Shown one piece after another: positions 9,160 to 18,060 of a DNA stretch of 35,065 nt (within the stretch, counting starts at the first letter, position 1; each line of letters opens with the position of its first letter). The translations under genes and the position numbers were made by a program. Source of the stretch: a virus (Duplodnaviria; Caudoviricetes); IMG/VR virus record IMGVR_UViG_3300005512_000143, positions 1 to 35,065 of that record. One strand, 5' to 3'. The notes beneath the pieces are model-generated. The model saw only the letters and a list, made by a program, of their open reading frames with translations. It was not told where the DNA came from and made no database searches.

Positions 9160-9870
9160 TTATTCGCTCCTTAATTGTCGTTTTATTTCCCTCTTCAGGC
9201 GTTCTTTAGCGAGATAAAGGGATGTTTTTTCTTCGTCGGTTAGTGTTTCTGCGTCGGCTGTTTCGATGGGAGGAGTGGATTTCTCCGGCTCTTCCTCTTG
9301 CAGTGACTTCGTTTCTCCGATTTTATCAATCATTTGGTTCATCTTTTCCATTAATGAATCAAATTTATCCATTAATTGCTTGTTTTCTGCGCTTTTCACG
9401 GCGACCAAGCGGGCTTCCGGATTCATTGCAAACGGGACAAATGACACTTCATAGAGTTTAATTTCTTTCAGGATTCTTGTGTTATTTTCTTTATTTATTT
9501 CCTCCTGAATAACCTTGTAACCGATTGAACCTTCTTCGATTACACCGTCTTGAAGCAATACAAGCATATCTTTCCCGTCTGTTGTTTCTGAAATTTTCCC
9601 TCTTGTGAGAAGTCCTAGCTCATCTTCTTTTAGTACGGAGGTCTTACCGAGCGGCATGCGAATGTGATAATCATGATTGTATAGAACATGCACTTTGCCA
9701 CCACGCTCTTTTACCGTTTTCTTGAAGGCACCTGATTTAATTATATCGCCCCCAAGATCTTCATTATCAAAGACCGAGAAATAAGCAAGAAATTCATTTT
9801 TTTCCAAATCAACACTTTCGACCTTAACCCTAACTGCCTTGTATTCAAGATCCTGTCTTCTGTTACTCAT
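9160..9870 (-). CDS. HK97-family prohead protease
   Basis: 'YFSVFDNEDLGGDIIKSGAF', 'LYNHD', 'GSIGY', 'LYEVSFVPFAMNPEA'. Confidence 0.94.
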   Translation of the reverse strand: MSNRRQDLEYKAVRVKVESVDLEKNEFLAYFSVFDNEDLGGDIIKSGAFKKTVKERGGKVHVLYNHDYHIRMPLGKTSVLKEDELGLLTRGKISETTDGKDMLVLLQDGVIEEGSIGYKVIQEEINKENNTRILKEIKLYEVSFVPFAMNPEARLVAVKSAENKQLMDKFDSLMEKMNQMIDKIGETKSLQEEEPEKSTPPIETADAETLTDEEKTSLYLAKERLKREIKRQLRSE

Positions 9871-9881
9871 AATCTCGCTCC

Positions 9882-12026
9882 TTAAATTCTTATTGGTTTC
9901 AAATTTGGATAGACTGCCTGACTTGTGTCAATCGAATGACAACATCGGCAGGCTATAGTTTCAGATCCACTCGCTCCCATTGAAGTATCACCCGGAAACA
10001 TCAACATCCCCCCTGATAATTCAAATGGTTCCTTCATCTCGACGGTCTGACCATCTGCCTCAATGTGTGTTGGTCTTGTCCGGTCATCTCCGACAGCCAA
10101 CCAGGTTTTTTTCACTCCCGTTATACCGAGGTTGTTAGACCACTGCTGAGATGCCTGGAATGAACCTGCATTTGACGCTTGACTTACTTCTGTTGCGGCT
10201 ATAAGCTCTGACCTGTATTCGGAACTTATCTCCGCCAAATCATTTATTCTTTCCGCTATCTCCTTGATGGATTCTCCAGCTTCAATTCCGGCTAATATCT
10301 CTCTTCTTACCGCCTTGATCGTGGTGTCGTTTACCTGTGTAATCAATTCTCCAACGACACCATTAATATATTGTGTAACAGCGGAATCAAACGGGTTGAA
10401 TATGTAGGGATCTTCCACCTTATATTCTATTATTTCAATTGATATTTTCGTTTCTTTTTTAATCTGTTCCATCGTTGACTTCCCAAAGTCTTCCATGACA
10501 GACTCAAACAATGACTCGTGGAAGGCTTCCCAGCGGTTCTTTACGGTGAAGAAATCAACGTTATAAACATTCTGTAGGTCATTCCAGCTATCAGCCCTGT
10601 TAATCGCCCCGCTTATTGCCGTTATATGATCGTAGATTATAGACTTGGCGACTTTACTTAACTTTCTCTCGAATCGCCTTCTCCTGCGCTCGAATGAAGC
10701 AATATACTTTCGTTTCGCCGCCCTGGAAGTAAGATCAATAACCTTAAATTCACCGGGCAATATTATTCTCTTCTCTCCACCTGCTTCTTCTGCGCTTCCA
10801 ATTGGTAAGAGATTCGACGGCATAACAAATATGTCCCCGCCCTTGACCTCATCGAGTCCTATCGCCTGACGGGCTTCATTCTGTGTCATAAGCCCGACCC
10901 TGAAATTATTAACAACCCTCTTGTTCAAAAGATCCCGGTCTTCACCGAGACATTCAACCTCCGATAAATCGTATCCGAGTAATATGCCTTCTTCAATCTG
11001 TGGAGCAAGGATGGCGTTGAACAGGGTCACGAATTTGTTTATGTGAGGGATAATCGTCTGCTGATAGAATATCTTTTCTGCCGTCTTATAATTATTGTAT
11101 GTCATCTGCTCCATGACGCCGGCTATAAGTGCAGGGACTCCAAAGACAATACATATATCTTCACGGTTCATTTCGGTGAGGTTCACAAAATCGGCGTCTT
11201 GAGCGGTCATCTGTGTTTGTGTCCATTGCAAGCCGCCTTCCATAACTACCGGTCTGTAAGCATTTGAAGCACCTTGCCAATTGTTTTGTAATTCCAGCCT
11301 CATCGCCTGTGCCTGGGCTTCTGTCAATGTGTCATTAGTGGAAAGTATCCCGGAGGGATGGGCAAAATTCTGAAATCTATATTTATTCCAAATCTCAATC
11401 TCGTTTTCTGTGTCAATGGTATTAGCCGCCACTTGTATCGGTGACAGCCCGTAATAATCATTTGAAGGATGGGCAAATTTCCAATGGATCAGGTCTTCAG
11501 GCGGAATGTTGGGGTATCTTAGACCTGAGATAGTGTATTGATAACCCTTAACCTTCTGGTCTTTTTCTGTGCCTGGAATGACCTCAATTCTTTCCGGTCT
11601 AAGCATATAAAGCTCATAAGGTGATCTTCCCTTGCGTTCTGAAATGTCCATATAAGAATTCCCGGAGATATTCAAGAACATTGCCCAATGTTCCAGGAGA
11701 TCCATCCATGATTGGTAGGGATTGGGTTGATTTATCAAATCATTGAGTGGTCGATCTGTGACCTCTTCCTTCTTGCCCTTCGCATCCAGCTTATAAGCAA
11801 AATAACGAATAGAACTAACTCTATTCGAAATCTCTCTGATACAGCGATATACAAGTTCACTCTGCTCATAGCCTTCTTCTGCAAATGTTTCAAAATTAAC
11901 ATCAGTAGGTTGTGGCATGCCTTTTTCATAAGGGGGAATCAAAGTGAAGTATGATTTTTTTTGGAATACTTGGCTGAGAACCTTCTGGAAATGTCCTCTT
12001 ACATTTTGTAGGAATCCCATTGACAT
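9882..12026 (-). CDS. HK97-family portal protein fused to a MuF/SPP1 gp7-like head morphogenesis domain
   Basis: Portal motifs (PNPYQS, SGNSY, LIHWKF, YYGLSPI, ICIVFGVP, MTQNEAR) up to about aa 410; MuF motifs 'KKTWLAVGDDRTRPTH...DGQ...LMFPGD...CRC' at the C-terminus. Confidence 0.9.
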   Translation of the reverse strand: MSMGFLQNVRGHFQKVLSQVFQKKSYFTLIPPYEKGMPQPTDVNFETFAEEGYEQSELVYRCIREISNRVSSIRYFAYKLDAKGKKEEVTDRPLNDLINQPNPYQSWMDLLEHWAMFLNISGNSYMDISERKGRSPYELYMLRPERIEVIPGTEKDQKVKGYQYTISGLRYPNIPPEDLIHWKFAHPSNDYYGLSPIQVAANTIDTENEIEIWNKYRFQNFAHPSGILSTNDTLTEAQAQAMRLELQNNWQGASNAYRPVVMEGGLQWTQTQMTAQDADFVNLTEMNREDICIVFGVPALIAGVMEQMTYNNYKTAEKIFYQQTIIPHINKFVTLFNAILAPQIEEGILLGYDLSEVECLGEDRDLLNKRVVNNFRVGLMTQNEARQAIGLDEVKGGDIFVMPSNLLPIGSAEEAGGEKRIILPGEFKVIDLTSRAAKRKYIASFERRRRRFERKLSKVAKSIIYDHITAISGAINRADSWNDLQNVYNVDFFTVKNRWEAFHESLFESVMEDFGKSTMEQIKKETKISIEIIEYKVEDPYIFNPFDSAVTQYINGVVGELITQVNDTTIKAVRREILAGIEAGESIKEIAERINDLAEISSEYRSELIAATEVSQASNAGSFQASQQWSNNLGITGVKKTWLAVGDDRTRPTHIEADGQTVEMKEPFELSGGMLMFPGDTSMGASGSETIACRCCHSIDTSQAVYPNLKPIRI

Positions 12027-12096
12027 TTTCTCCTGCTTATTGTATTCTATTTATGCAGGTATCTATCTGAGGTTAGCTCAAGATTTTTTGCAAGCT

Positions 12097-12123
12097 CCAC
12101 GTGTTCACAGCGTGGTTTTTTTT
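12097..12123 (+). terminator. Possible plus-strand (antisense) terminator
   Basis: CCACG-TGTTCACAG-CGTGG hairpin followed by a T8 run. Confidence 0.35.
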
Positions 12124-12138
12124 AATGTCATTAATCTC

Positions 12139-12167
12139 AATATAGCATAATGAGAAATTCCTGTCAA
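12139..12167 (-). promoter_or_regulatory. Sigma70/SigA promoter for the head-tail operon
   Basis: TTGACA (12167-12162), 17 bp spacer, TATATT (12144-12139), with TGn extended -10; about 110 nt upstream of the portal. Confidence 0.75.
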
Positions 12168-12465
12168 TACAAGCCCCCTGAATCAATTTTAACAACCCTT
12201 CTGATATAAATATACAAATACTAAGAGTAAATGCAACCTGCGACCTGTAGCGGTAATGGATAGGGGGTATTGTGGGGTGTTGGTTGCAGATTAGAGAAAA
12301 TAAGGGAAATATTTATTATTCTTGTGATATGCAATGGTGTTTATGTGTGTCGCTGTGGTGGGCAATATATGGAAGCATGAACCTGCCAAATGATAACCAC
12401 CCTACGGAACCACCCCCCATTTTCAAGAACCTTGTATTCATGGGGTTTTGTGCATTCGAGTTTTT

Positions 12466-13722
12466 TTATAGAAATCTAATCCTCGCCCTGCTACCCCCGA
12501 CCTTCTCACTGATAGAATATCGCAAAGCCGCCATAGCGTCATTGAATATGTCTGTCGGAGTGTCTATATATAGCCCCGTCTTCCTGTCCTTTATCCATTT
12601 CCATTGTTGGACTTCCTTCAGAGTGTTTGGACAATTTGCCGCATGAATATGAAGGGCATGTTTCTTGATATAATCAATCTGAGCATTAACAGATCCGGGA
12701 TTCTTGACACATTTCACGGCGGAATATCCAGCCTTCCTCCAGGTCTTGATCCTGTCCGGTTCTGCTGAGTCACATAACATCCGGATTCGTTTGGATAACC
12801 CTCGTTTGTTTGCTATCTCTATAATCTCATCTGTGTCCATGTCGTGAACATATATCTCATCACAAACATAGATTTCACTGTCCTTGAATCCCACTGTCAA
12901 AATCGCATTGGCATGGTTATATCCAAAATCCTGCCCAATATTCATACTATCGAACTTCTCCGGGCTTACATCAAACTCATGCACCTGATAATGGGTGAAG
13001 ATCAACCCGCCAAGCTCGCCCCACTCTCCGAGTCCATACACCTTGTATCCGTCGGGATCAAATTCTTTTCTTAGCTCCATGCGACGGTAAAAGCCCGGAT
13101 CCATAAAGCGGTTATCAAGGTAAGTTGAATGGTGAGTGAAGAACTCCGGTCTGTCATTGTCAAAGAAACGGGTCTTCAACCAGTGATTGACATTGATCGG
13201 GTTAAATGTCATCGTAATCTGGTAATAGAGGTTAGGGTTGTCCAGGATTCCCCGTAGTCTGTCATCCAGGGTGTCAACATCTTCATTAGTTAGCTCTGTC
13301 GCTTCTTCAATCCAGATCCATGTGAGTTTGCCCTGGGGAAAGGTTATTGATTTTACCTTCTCTCGCTGTGTCGGGTCATTCATCCCCCGGAATATGATAC
13401 TGTTGCCCGTCTTCTTAGAGGTGATCATGAGTGGAGTGAGTTTAACATCCCAAAAATCCGAAGCATACTTACCATATATGCGATTGATTGCCCCGACCAG
13501 TTCAGCAAATGTACTATTCCGGTTGCTACCCTCGACCTTTCTGAGAACAAGCAAATTGGTTCCACGGTATTTTTCTTGTGATAATTTTAAGAGGTAATCC
13601 TGTGCGATGTTAACCGACTTGCCGGAACCAGCGGAGCCTTTGAGGATCCTGTATCTGTGTTTGCTATCGTTGACATCCTCAAATATTGAATTAAATTCTG
13701 CTTTGACCTTGAATTTAGCCAT
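12466..13722 (-). CDS. terL: Terminase large subunit, PBSX/SPP1 (Terminase_3) family
   Basis: Walker A 'KGSAGSGKS', Walker B 'WIWIEEATE', 'MTFNP', nuclease motifs 'GQDFGY', 'CDSAEP', 'DAMAALRY'. Confidence 0.95.
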   Translation of the reverse strand: MAKFKVKAEFNSIFEDVNDSKHRYRILKGSAGSGKSVNIAQDYLLKLSQEKYRGTNLLVLRKVEGSNRNSTFAELVGAINRIYGKYASDFWDVKLTPLMITSKKTGNSIIFRGMNDPTQREKVKSITFPQGKLTWIWIEEATELTNEDVDTLDDRLRGILDNPNLYYQITMTFNPINVNHWLKTRFFDNDRPEFFTHHSTYLDNRFMDPGFYRRMELRKEFDPDGYKVYGLGEWGELGGLIFTHYQVHEFDVSPEKFDSMNIGQDFGYNHANAILTVGFKDSEIYVCDEIYVHDMDTDEIIEIANKRGLSKRIRMLCDSAEPDRIKTWRKAGYSAVKCVKNPGSVNAQIDYIKKHALHIHAANCPNTLKEVQQWKWIKDRKTGLYIDTPTDIFNDAMAALRYSISEKVGGSRARIRFL

Positions 13723-14089
13723 AATCAATCTCGATTTCTAATTCGATCTTGCCGGAATGCTCTATCTTGCCCTTATTCCCCCACTTTTCAGGATTCTTCC
13801 TTTCCAAATACCAAGCATCAGCCGTCCAGTTCCCTTTATCACCTGCCTTAGCTATCCTTCGCAGGCGGGTTGCCTCCGCTTGTCCTTCAGCCCTTTTTAT
13901 AGCCTTCACAAACTCCACAAACTTCCCGCTTTTCGCATTTCTTCCTCTCTCCATCCATCCATAGAATGTTGTTTCACCAATGCCACAAGCGGCGCAGGCA
14001 GTGGAGAAATAATTACCTTCTGCTACAAGTGAAACAATATGTTTCTGAAGTTCCGGTGTAAGTTTTGATCTGCGTCCTCCGACTCCCAT
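13715..14089 (-). CDS. terS: Terminase small subunit
   Basis: HTH-like 'GRRSKLTPE...ACAACGIGETTFYGW' and 'WTADAWYLERKNPEKWG'; overlaps the terL start. Confidence 0.8.
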   Translation of the reverse strand: MGVGGRRSKLTPELQKHIVSLVAEGNYFSTACAACGIGETTFYGWMERGRNAKSGKFVEFVKAIKRAEGQAEATRLRRIAKAGDKGNWTADAWYLERKNPEKWGNKGKIEHSGKIELEIEIDYG

Positions 14090-14109
14090 AGTGATCACCT
14101 TCCACTGTT

Positions 14110-14138
14110 ATTATATCATATCTGGGGATAAAAATAAA
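14110..14138 (-). promoter_or_regulatory. Extended -10 promoter upstream of terS
   Basis: TG-A-TATAAT (14118-14110), with TTTATT at 17 bp spacing. Confidence 0.5.
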
Positions 14139-14177
14139 ATGCTCATAATTTAATTGTTTTCTGTTCGGCTAGTTTCA

Positions 14178-14993
14178 TTATTTCAAAATCATTCCATATT
14201 CATTCGTGCCAGTGGGAACCTCAATATCTTTTCTTTTAATCAGCCTGTTTTTTTTATAAAATCTCTTATAATCTATCATGTGATGCCATCGTCCATAACG
14301 TTTAACCAGCTTAACACAATCAGGATGTTCTTGATGTAATTCTTTGACAAATTCTAAACGATTATTCGTTGCCTCATAATAAGGTGTATTTCCGCCCTTC
14401 ATAGTCATTGTTGTTATTTTTTTTACTTGAAAAGCATTAAAAAGTATTGTACACAAACCATGTTTTAAAACACTAATACATAATTCAGAATCTTCATTAA
14501 AAAATGTTTTAAAGCGGAATGGAATATTAGTTTGAATTAACATGTTAGAAAAAATTCTATGATTTACTTGAAATGGTTGATATTTGTTTCTCCTCATAAT
14601 AAACATTTCATACTGCATTCCTGCAATAGCCACATTCTCATAACGATCAACAAAATCTTCTAATGAATGAATAAAGTTGCCAGTTTTCATTCTATAAAAA
14701 CTATTCTTGTGTAATCTCTGAAACCATTCTATATTGTCATCAAAAGTCCAATACCTTTTATAGCCCTTTCCCTCACAATAATCCCATAACCAATTTCTTG
14801 TAACCGTGACACCTTCATCCCTGTGGGGTAATATTAGAATATCCTTTTCATCGACTGTTAGTTTGTATTTATCAACTTCTTGCGGTTCTACGAGAATTTT
14901 AAACGGTAAATTAACTTCCCGAAAAGCATTAACTGTTAGAGTTTTTTCCCAACGACCTTTTGTTGGAATGAAAATTGGATATTTATTCTCCAT
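14178..14993 (-). CDS. TET-associated/GREB1-like glycosyltransferase (putative DNA base modification)
   Basis: 'YPIFIPTKGR', 'TRNWLWD', 'WTFDDNI', 'NEDSELCISVLKHGLCTILF', 'TMTMKGGNT'; likely ATG at 14993 after GGAGG. Confidence 0.72.
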   Translation of the reverse strand: MENKYPIFIPTKGRWEKTLTVNAFREVNLPFKILVEPQEVDKYKLTVDEKDILILPHRDEGVTVTRNWLWDYCEGKGYKRYWTFDDNIEWFQRLHKNSFYRMKTGNFIHSLEDFVDRYENVAIAGMQYEMFIMRRNKYQPFQVNHRIFSNMLIQTNIPFRFKTFFNEDSELCISVLKHGLCTILFNAFQVKKITTMTMKGGNTPYYEATNNRLEFVKELHQEHPDCVKLVKRYGRWHHMIDYKRFYKKNRLIKRKDIEVPTGTNEYGMILK

Positions 14994-15645
14994 TATTTTC
15001 CTCCTCTCCACCGAGTATACATTTGCCATATGACACATTTTCTTTAGAAGGGAAAAATATATATTTCGTTTTATCAGTTATTTTAACATTTAATAGTTCT
15101 ACAAAAGTTTTTACATTTTCATTATTATCAAAATGAACAACTATACTCCTAAATGGTTTATCATCTTCTTGAACAAATTCAGGCATCCCTTCCCATTCTT
15201 CTTCTTCATTAATTGGAAAAATCTCTCCATAGTTAATGGTTGGGAATTCAAAATCTGCCAAGTCTTCAAACTCAAAGTCAATCTCCTCCATGAAGTTAAA
15301 TAGTCCTTCCTCGGTCATCTTCCCATACTGTGAATTAATCGCCAGGAGCTTCTTCTTGGCGTCCTTCTCGTCATCTGCTTCCACATACACCACCGGGAAC
15401 CGCTCCGGTATTTCCTCGCCATCTGCTTCCATCTGTCTGAGCACGTCCTGCCTCTGGTGTCCGTCGAGAATGTAATTAACTTCTCCATCTCGCCACACAA
15501 AGAACGGGACAATAAACCCATGCTCCCGGATCTGCTTCTTGAGCTTTGCCGCATTCTCTTTTGTCAGTGTTTTGAGTTTGCCCTGTAGGTTGGTCATCTC
15601 ATCCAGGGTCAATCTTTCTTTTGTGTCACATTTAATCTCTATCAT
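14983..15645 (-). CDS. ParB/Srx-like N-terminal domain protein
   Basis: 'LKKQIREHGFIVPFFVW...ILDGHQR'; acidic C-terminal domain 'EWEGMPEF'; overlaps the glycosyltransferase start. Confidence 0.8.
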   Translation of the reverse strand: MIEIKCDTKERLTLDEMTNLQGKLKTLTKENAAKLKKQIREHGFIVPFFVWRDGEVNYILDGHQRQDVLRQMEADGEEIPERFPVVYVEADDEKDAKKKLLAINSQYGKMTEEGLFNFMEEIDFEFEDLADFEFPTINYGEIFPINEEEEWEGMPEFVQEDDKPFRSIVVHFDNNENVKTFVELLNVKITDKTKYIFFPSKENVSYGKCILGGEEENNGE

Positions 15646-15777
15646 GATTCCTCCTCAAATTCCTAAGTATTTGCATTTTAAATCGTTTTACATATATTTA
15701 CTCTATTTTACCCTCTCCTCTTCATTCTGCAAAATTGTTCACTACCTATGTCCCCGCATAAAAATGGACAATGAACA

Positions 15778-16188
15778 TTATTTTTTCTGAAATTGGTATG
15801 ATTTTCCGCCTTCTGCGAATTTTGCAATTTGTTCGGGTGATAAATGACATCTTCTTTTTCTCCGAGGATGTGCAAATTTAAAAACTGTTTCAATATCATT
15901 TATATCAAAACACACAATCGCCTCTTCATCACATTGAGAAAAATTAGTAATAATCTCCGGATGTTCTCGTTCCATTCTCATTGCCACATTTTTACTTGTG
16001 GAATACCATGTTAATTCAGTCCCGCCATTTAGATATATTTCGCCATATTTGCATATAATATTCTGATACCATTCCTCCCCTGTCTGGATCTTCTCTTGCT
16101 CAATAGCCCTGTCCTCATACATCTGCTTCTTGTCAATGCGTATTTTGTACTTCTTGCCATATAGTTTTTTCAAGTTGATGTTTTTCAT
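15778..16188 (-). CDS. Hypothetical phage protein
   Basis: 136 aa ORF with AAGGAG RBS; basic C-terminus. Confidence 0.65.
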   Translation of the reverse strand: MKNINLKKLYGKKYKIRIDKKQMYEDRAIEQEKIQTGEEWYQNIICKYGEIYLNGGTELTWYSTSKNVAMRMEREHPEIITNFSQCDEEAIVCFDINDIETVFKFAHPRRKRRCHLSPEQIAKFAEGGKSYQFQKK

Positions 16189-16219
16189 AATGTTTTACTC
16201 CTTTACACACATTTTTATT

Positions 16220-16609
16220 TTAAAATGGCATATCATCATCATCTCCATACATATCATCAAGTGATTCATCCTCTCCCAAAACATCCCATTCTTGCTGAAC
16301 CTCTGTAACCTCAATGTTAAAGCTCCACTTCCCCGATTTTTCGCCCATTCCTTTCCAGGTAACAACGGCGGTCATTTTAGTCCCTTCGTCCATCTTAGTC
16401 GCCATTTTTGCCGCCAAGAACCCCGGAATGTATCCCGCCTTATTGCCCAAGACAGATACGGCAATTGCATTCTTATCATATTTGTTTTCCGGCTCCCGGA
16501 CAAGGTCAACCTCCATTCCGTTGACTACATATTTTCTAATAATCTCCTGCCGGGAATTTCCGTCACTGTTCTTAAATGAAACACCTACCACATTTATTTT
16601 ATAACACAT
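16220..16609 (-). CDS. HIRAN domain protein
   Basis: 'VVGVSF...RQEII...LVREPENKYDKNAIAV...GYIP'. Confidence 0.88.
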   Translation of the reverse strand: MCYKINVVGVSFKNSDGNSRQEIIRKYVVNGMEVDLVREPENKYDKNAIAVSVLGNKAGYIPGFLAAKMATKMDEGTKMTAVVTWKGMGEKSGKWSFNIEVTEVQQEWDVLGEDESLDDMYGDDDDMPF

Positions 16610-16663
16610 ATTCAGCTACCTCCATTTTTTATTATACCTCCGTGTAAATAATGCACATTTCTT

Positions 16664-17581
16664 TCATTGTTTTATAACTTCCCAGGGCTTCGGGATCTTA
16701 ATCTCCGGATGGTCAGACTTGTAAATTTTTATTTTAAAAATAAACTCGTCGATATTCAGTAAGCTCTTGTTCGCCTCTAACACCTGGATCACCTTATCCT
16801 TGCCTTTTTCGCCATAAGTTTTAAAATGCTGTGGAAAGCAATCGTCCCATACACCGAGGATCTTATCAATTGCTTTTTCGTTGGCAAGTCTGAAAGTATG
16901 CTCAATGAGTGTTTCATCGTGAATGGTTTCCGCTTCAGAGGGATCAAGTGTTGGTTCTGGATCTCCCGGTGGTGGTGGTGATCCTTTTTTAAAAGGAATA
17001 CTACTACTGCGGTTCTCTTTTTCATTAATATCGCATTTTTCATCGTTGTGTAGTGTAGTTTCTTTTAGTGTAGTTTCATGTAGTGTAGTATGTGTACTAA
17101 TGACCCCAGAAACTGGGGTTAATCCTCCAGAAACTGGGGTTAATCCTCCAGAAACTATTTTTTCACATTTATTTGCTTTTAATTTCACATTATTTGGGAG
17201 TTTATCATCTAAAAGAAGATACTTTTCTTCCATTTCCACTTTTTTTCTTCCAACAGTTCCCGTAATATATCTCATTTGGATACCCTTAGAAGTAATAACT
17301 TCTTCTTTAACCCAGGTTTCCGGGTCGAAAAACCCTATTTCCGTGGAGAAAACTATTATCTCTTTTAACTTTTCTTCTGAGATCCCAAATTTTTTGGAAA
17401 TTAAAAGCGGGATATAATTGTCTAATTTGAGATAATATCCCTTATCATAGATTTTTTGGAGTAATTTTATGAGTATTGCAAAGCCTTCAAGCCCGAACTT
17501 CGCTTCAACGATTTCCCATTTCTCATTGAGGTGAACATCAAGAGGGAAATAGTCTAATCCTTTTTTTATCGGTCTTGCCAT
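16664..17581 (-). CDS. Putative replication initiator (DUF4373/Lin1244-like N-terminal domain)
   Basis: 'MARPIKKGLDYFPLDV...KFGLEGFAILIKLLQKIY...GYY...ITSKGIQMRY'; internal DNA repeats; near dnaB. Confidence 0.8.
   Translation of the reverse strand: MARPIKKGLDYFPLDVHLNEKWEIVEAKFGLEGFAILIKLLQKIYDKGYYLKLDNYIPLLISKKFGISEEKLKEIIVFSTEIGFFDPETWVKEEVITSKGIQMRYITGTVGRKKVEMEEKYLLLDDKLPNNVKLKANKCEKIVSGGLTPVSGGLTPVSGVISTHTTLHETTLKETTLHNDEKCDINEKENRSSSIPFKKGSPPPPGDPEPTLDPSEAETIHDETLIEHTFRLANEKAIDKILGVWDDCFPQHFKTYGEKGKDKVIQVLEANKSLLNIDEFIFKIKIYKSDHPEIKIPKPWEVIKQ
17051..17156. repeat. Iteron-like repeats, putative replication origin
   Basis: TAGTGTAGT x3 at a 15-nt period (17051, 17066, 17081); CCAGAAACTGGGGTTAATCCT x2 plus a partial copy (17106, 17127, 17148). 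Confidence 0.7.
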
Positions 17582-17593
17582 GTTATTCTCCTT

Positions 17594-18060
17594 TTAGTGG
17601 TATCTAAATGGGTTACATTCCATTGTTTGCAAAAATAAATTCCCGGTTCCGCCCTTCTCTAAAGATCCTCTTGCATTTTCACATTTTTAATTATTCTTGG
17701 ATCAAAAGGTAACGGTAATTCTCCTCTATGTAGGAGTTCGGCAACCAGCGATTGAGCTTTTTTTCCTTTTTCTCCATGGTCATCCGTTTCATAGAATTTA
17801 TGTTTATTCCAAAATTTATCTTTGATGTTATATCCTTTACAGGAATGAATTTTATCGGGTGGAACAAGGTATCCCTTTGCGGTCTTAATGCCTTTTGTAA
17901 ATACTGAGACCTCTTTAAATTTGTCTTTAGAGATAGCTTCTATTCCTTTTACTGTGGAATAAACATAAATAACACGGACTAAAGGACAAACATGAACTCT
18001 CAAATCACTTTGTTCTTCTTCTATTCCATATTTTATTAGTTCTTTGTTACCCAGGCTCAT
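17594..18060 (-). pseudogene. Hypothetical protein, apparently frameshifted near its C-terminus
   Basis: The ORF from ATG 18060 stops at 17659. A protein-like tail (EKGGTGNLFLQTMECNPFRYH*) continues in another frame to 17594, abutting the next RBS. Confidence 0.45.

Noticed and set aside
12232-12450. Resemblance to a CRISPR leader
   Set aside because: Only a short inverted repeat is present and there is no adjacent repeat unit.
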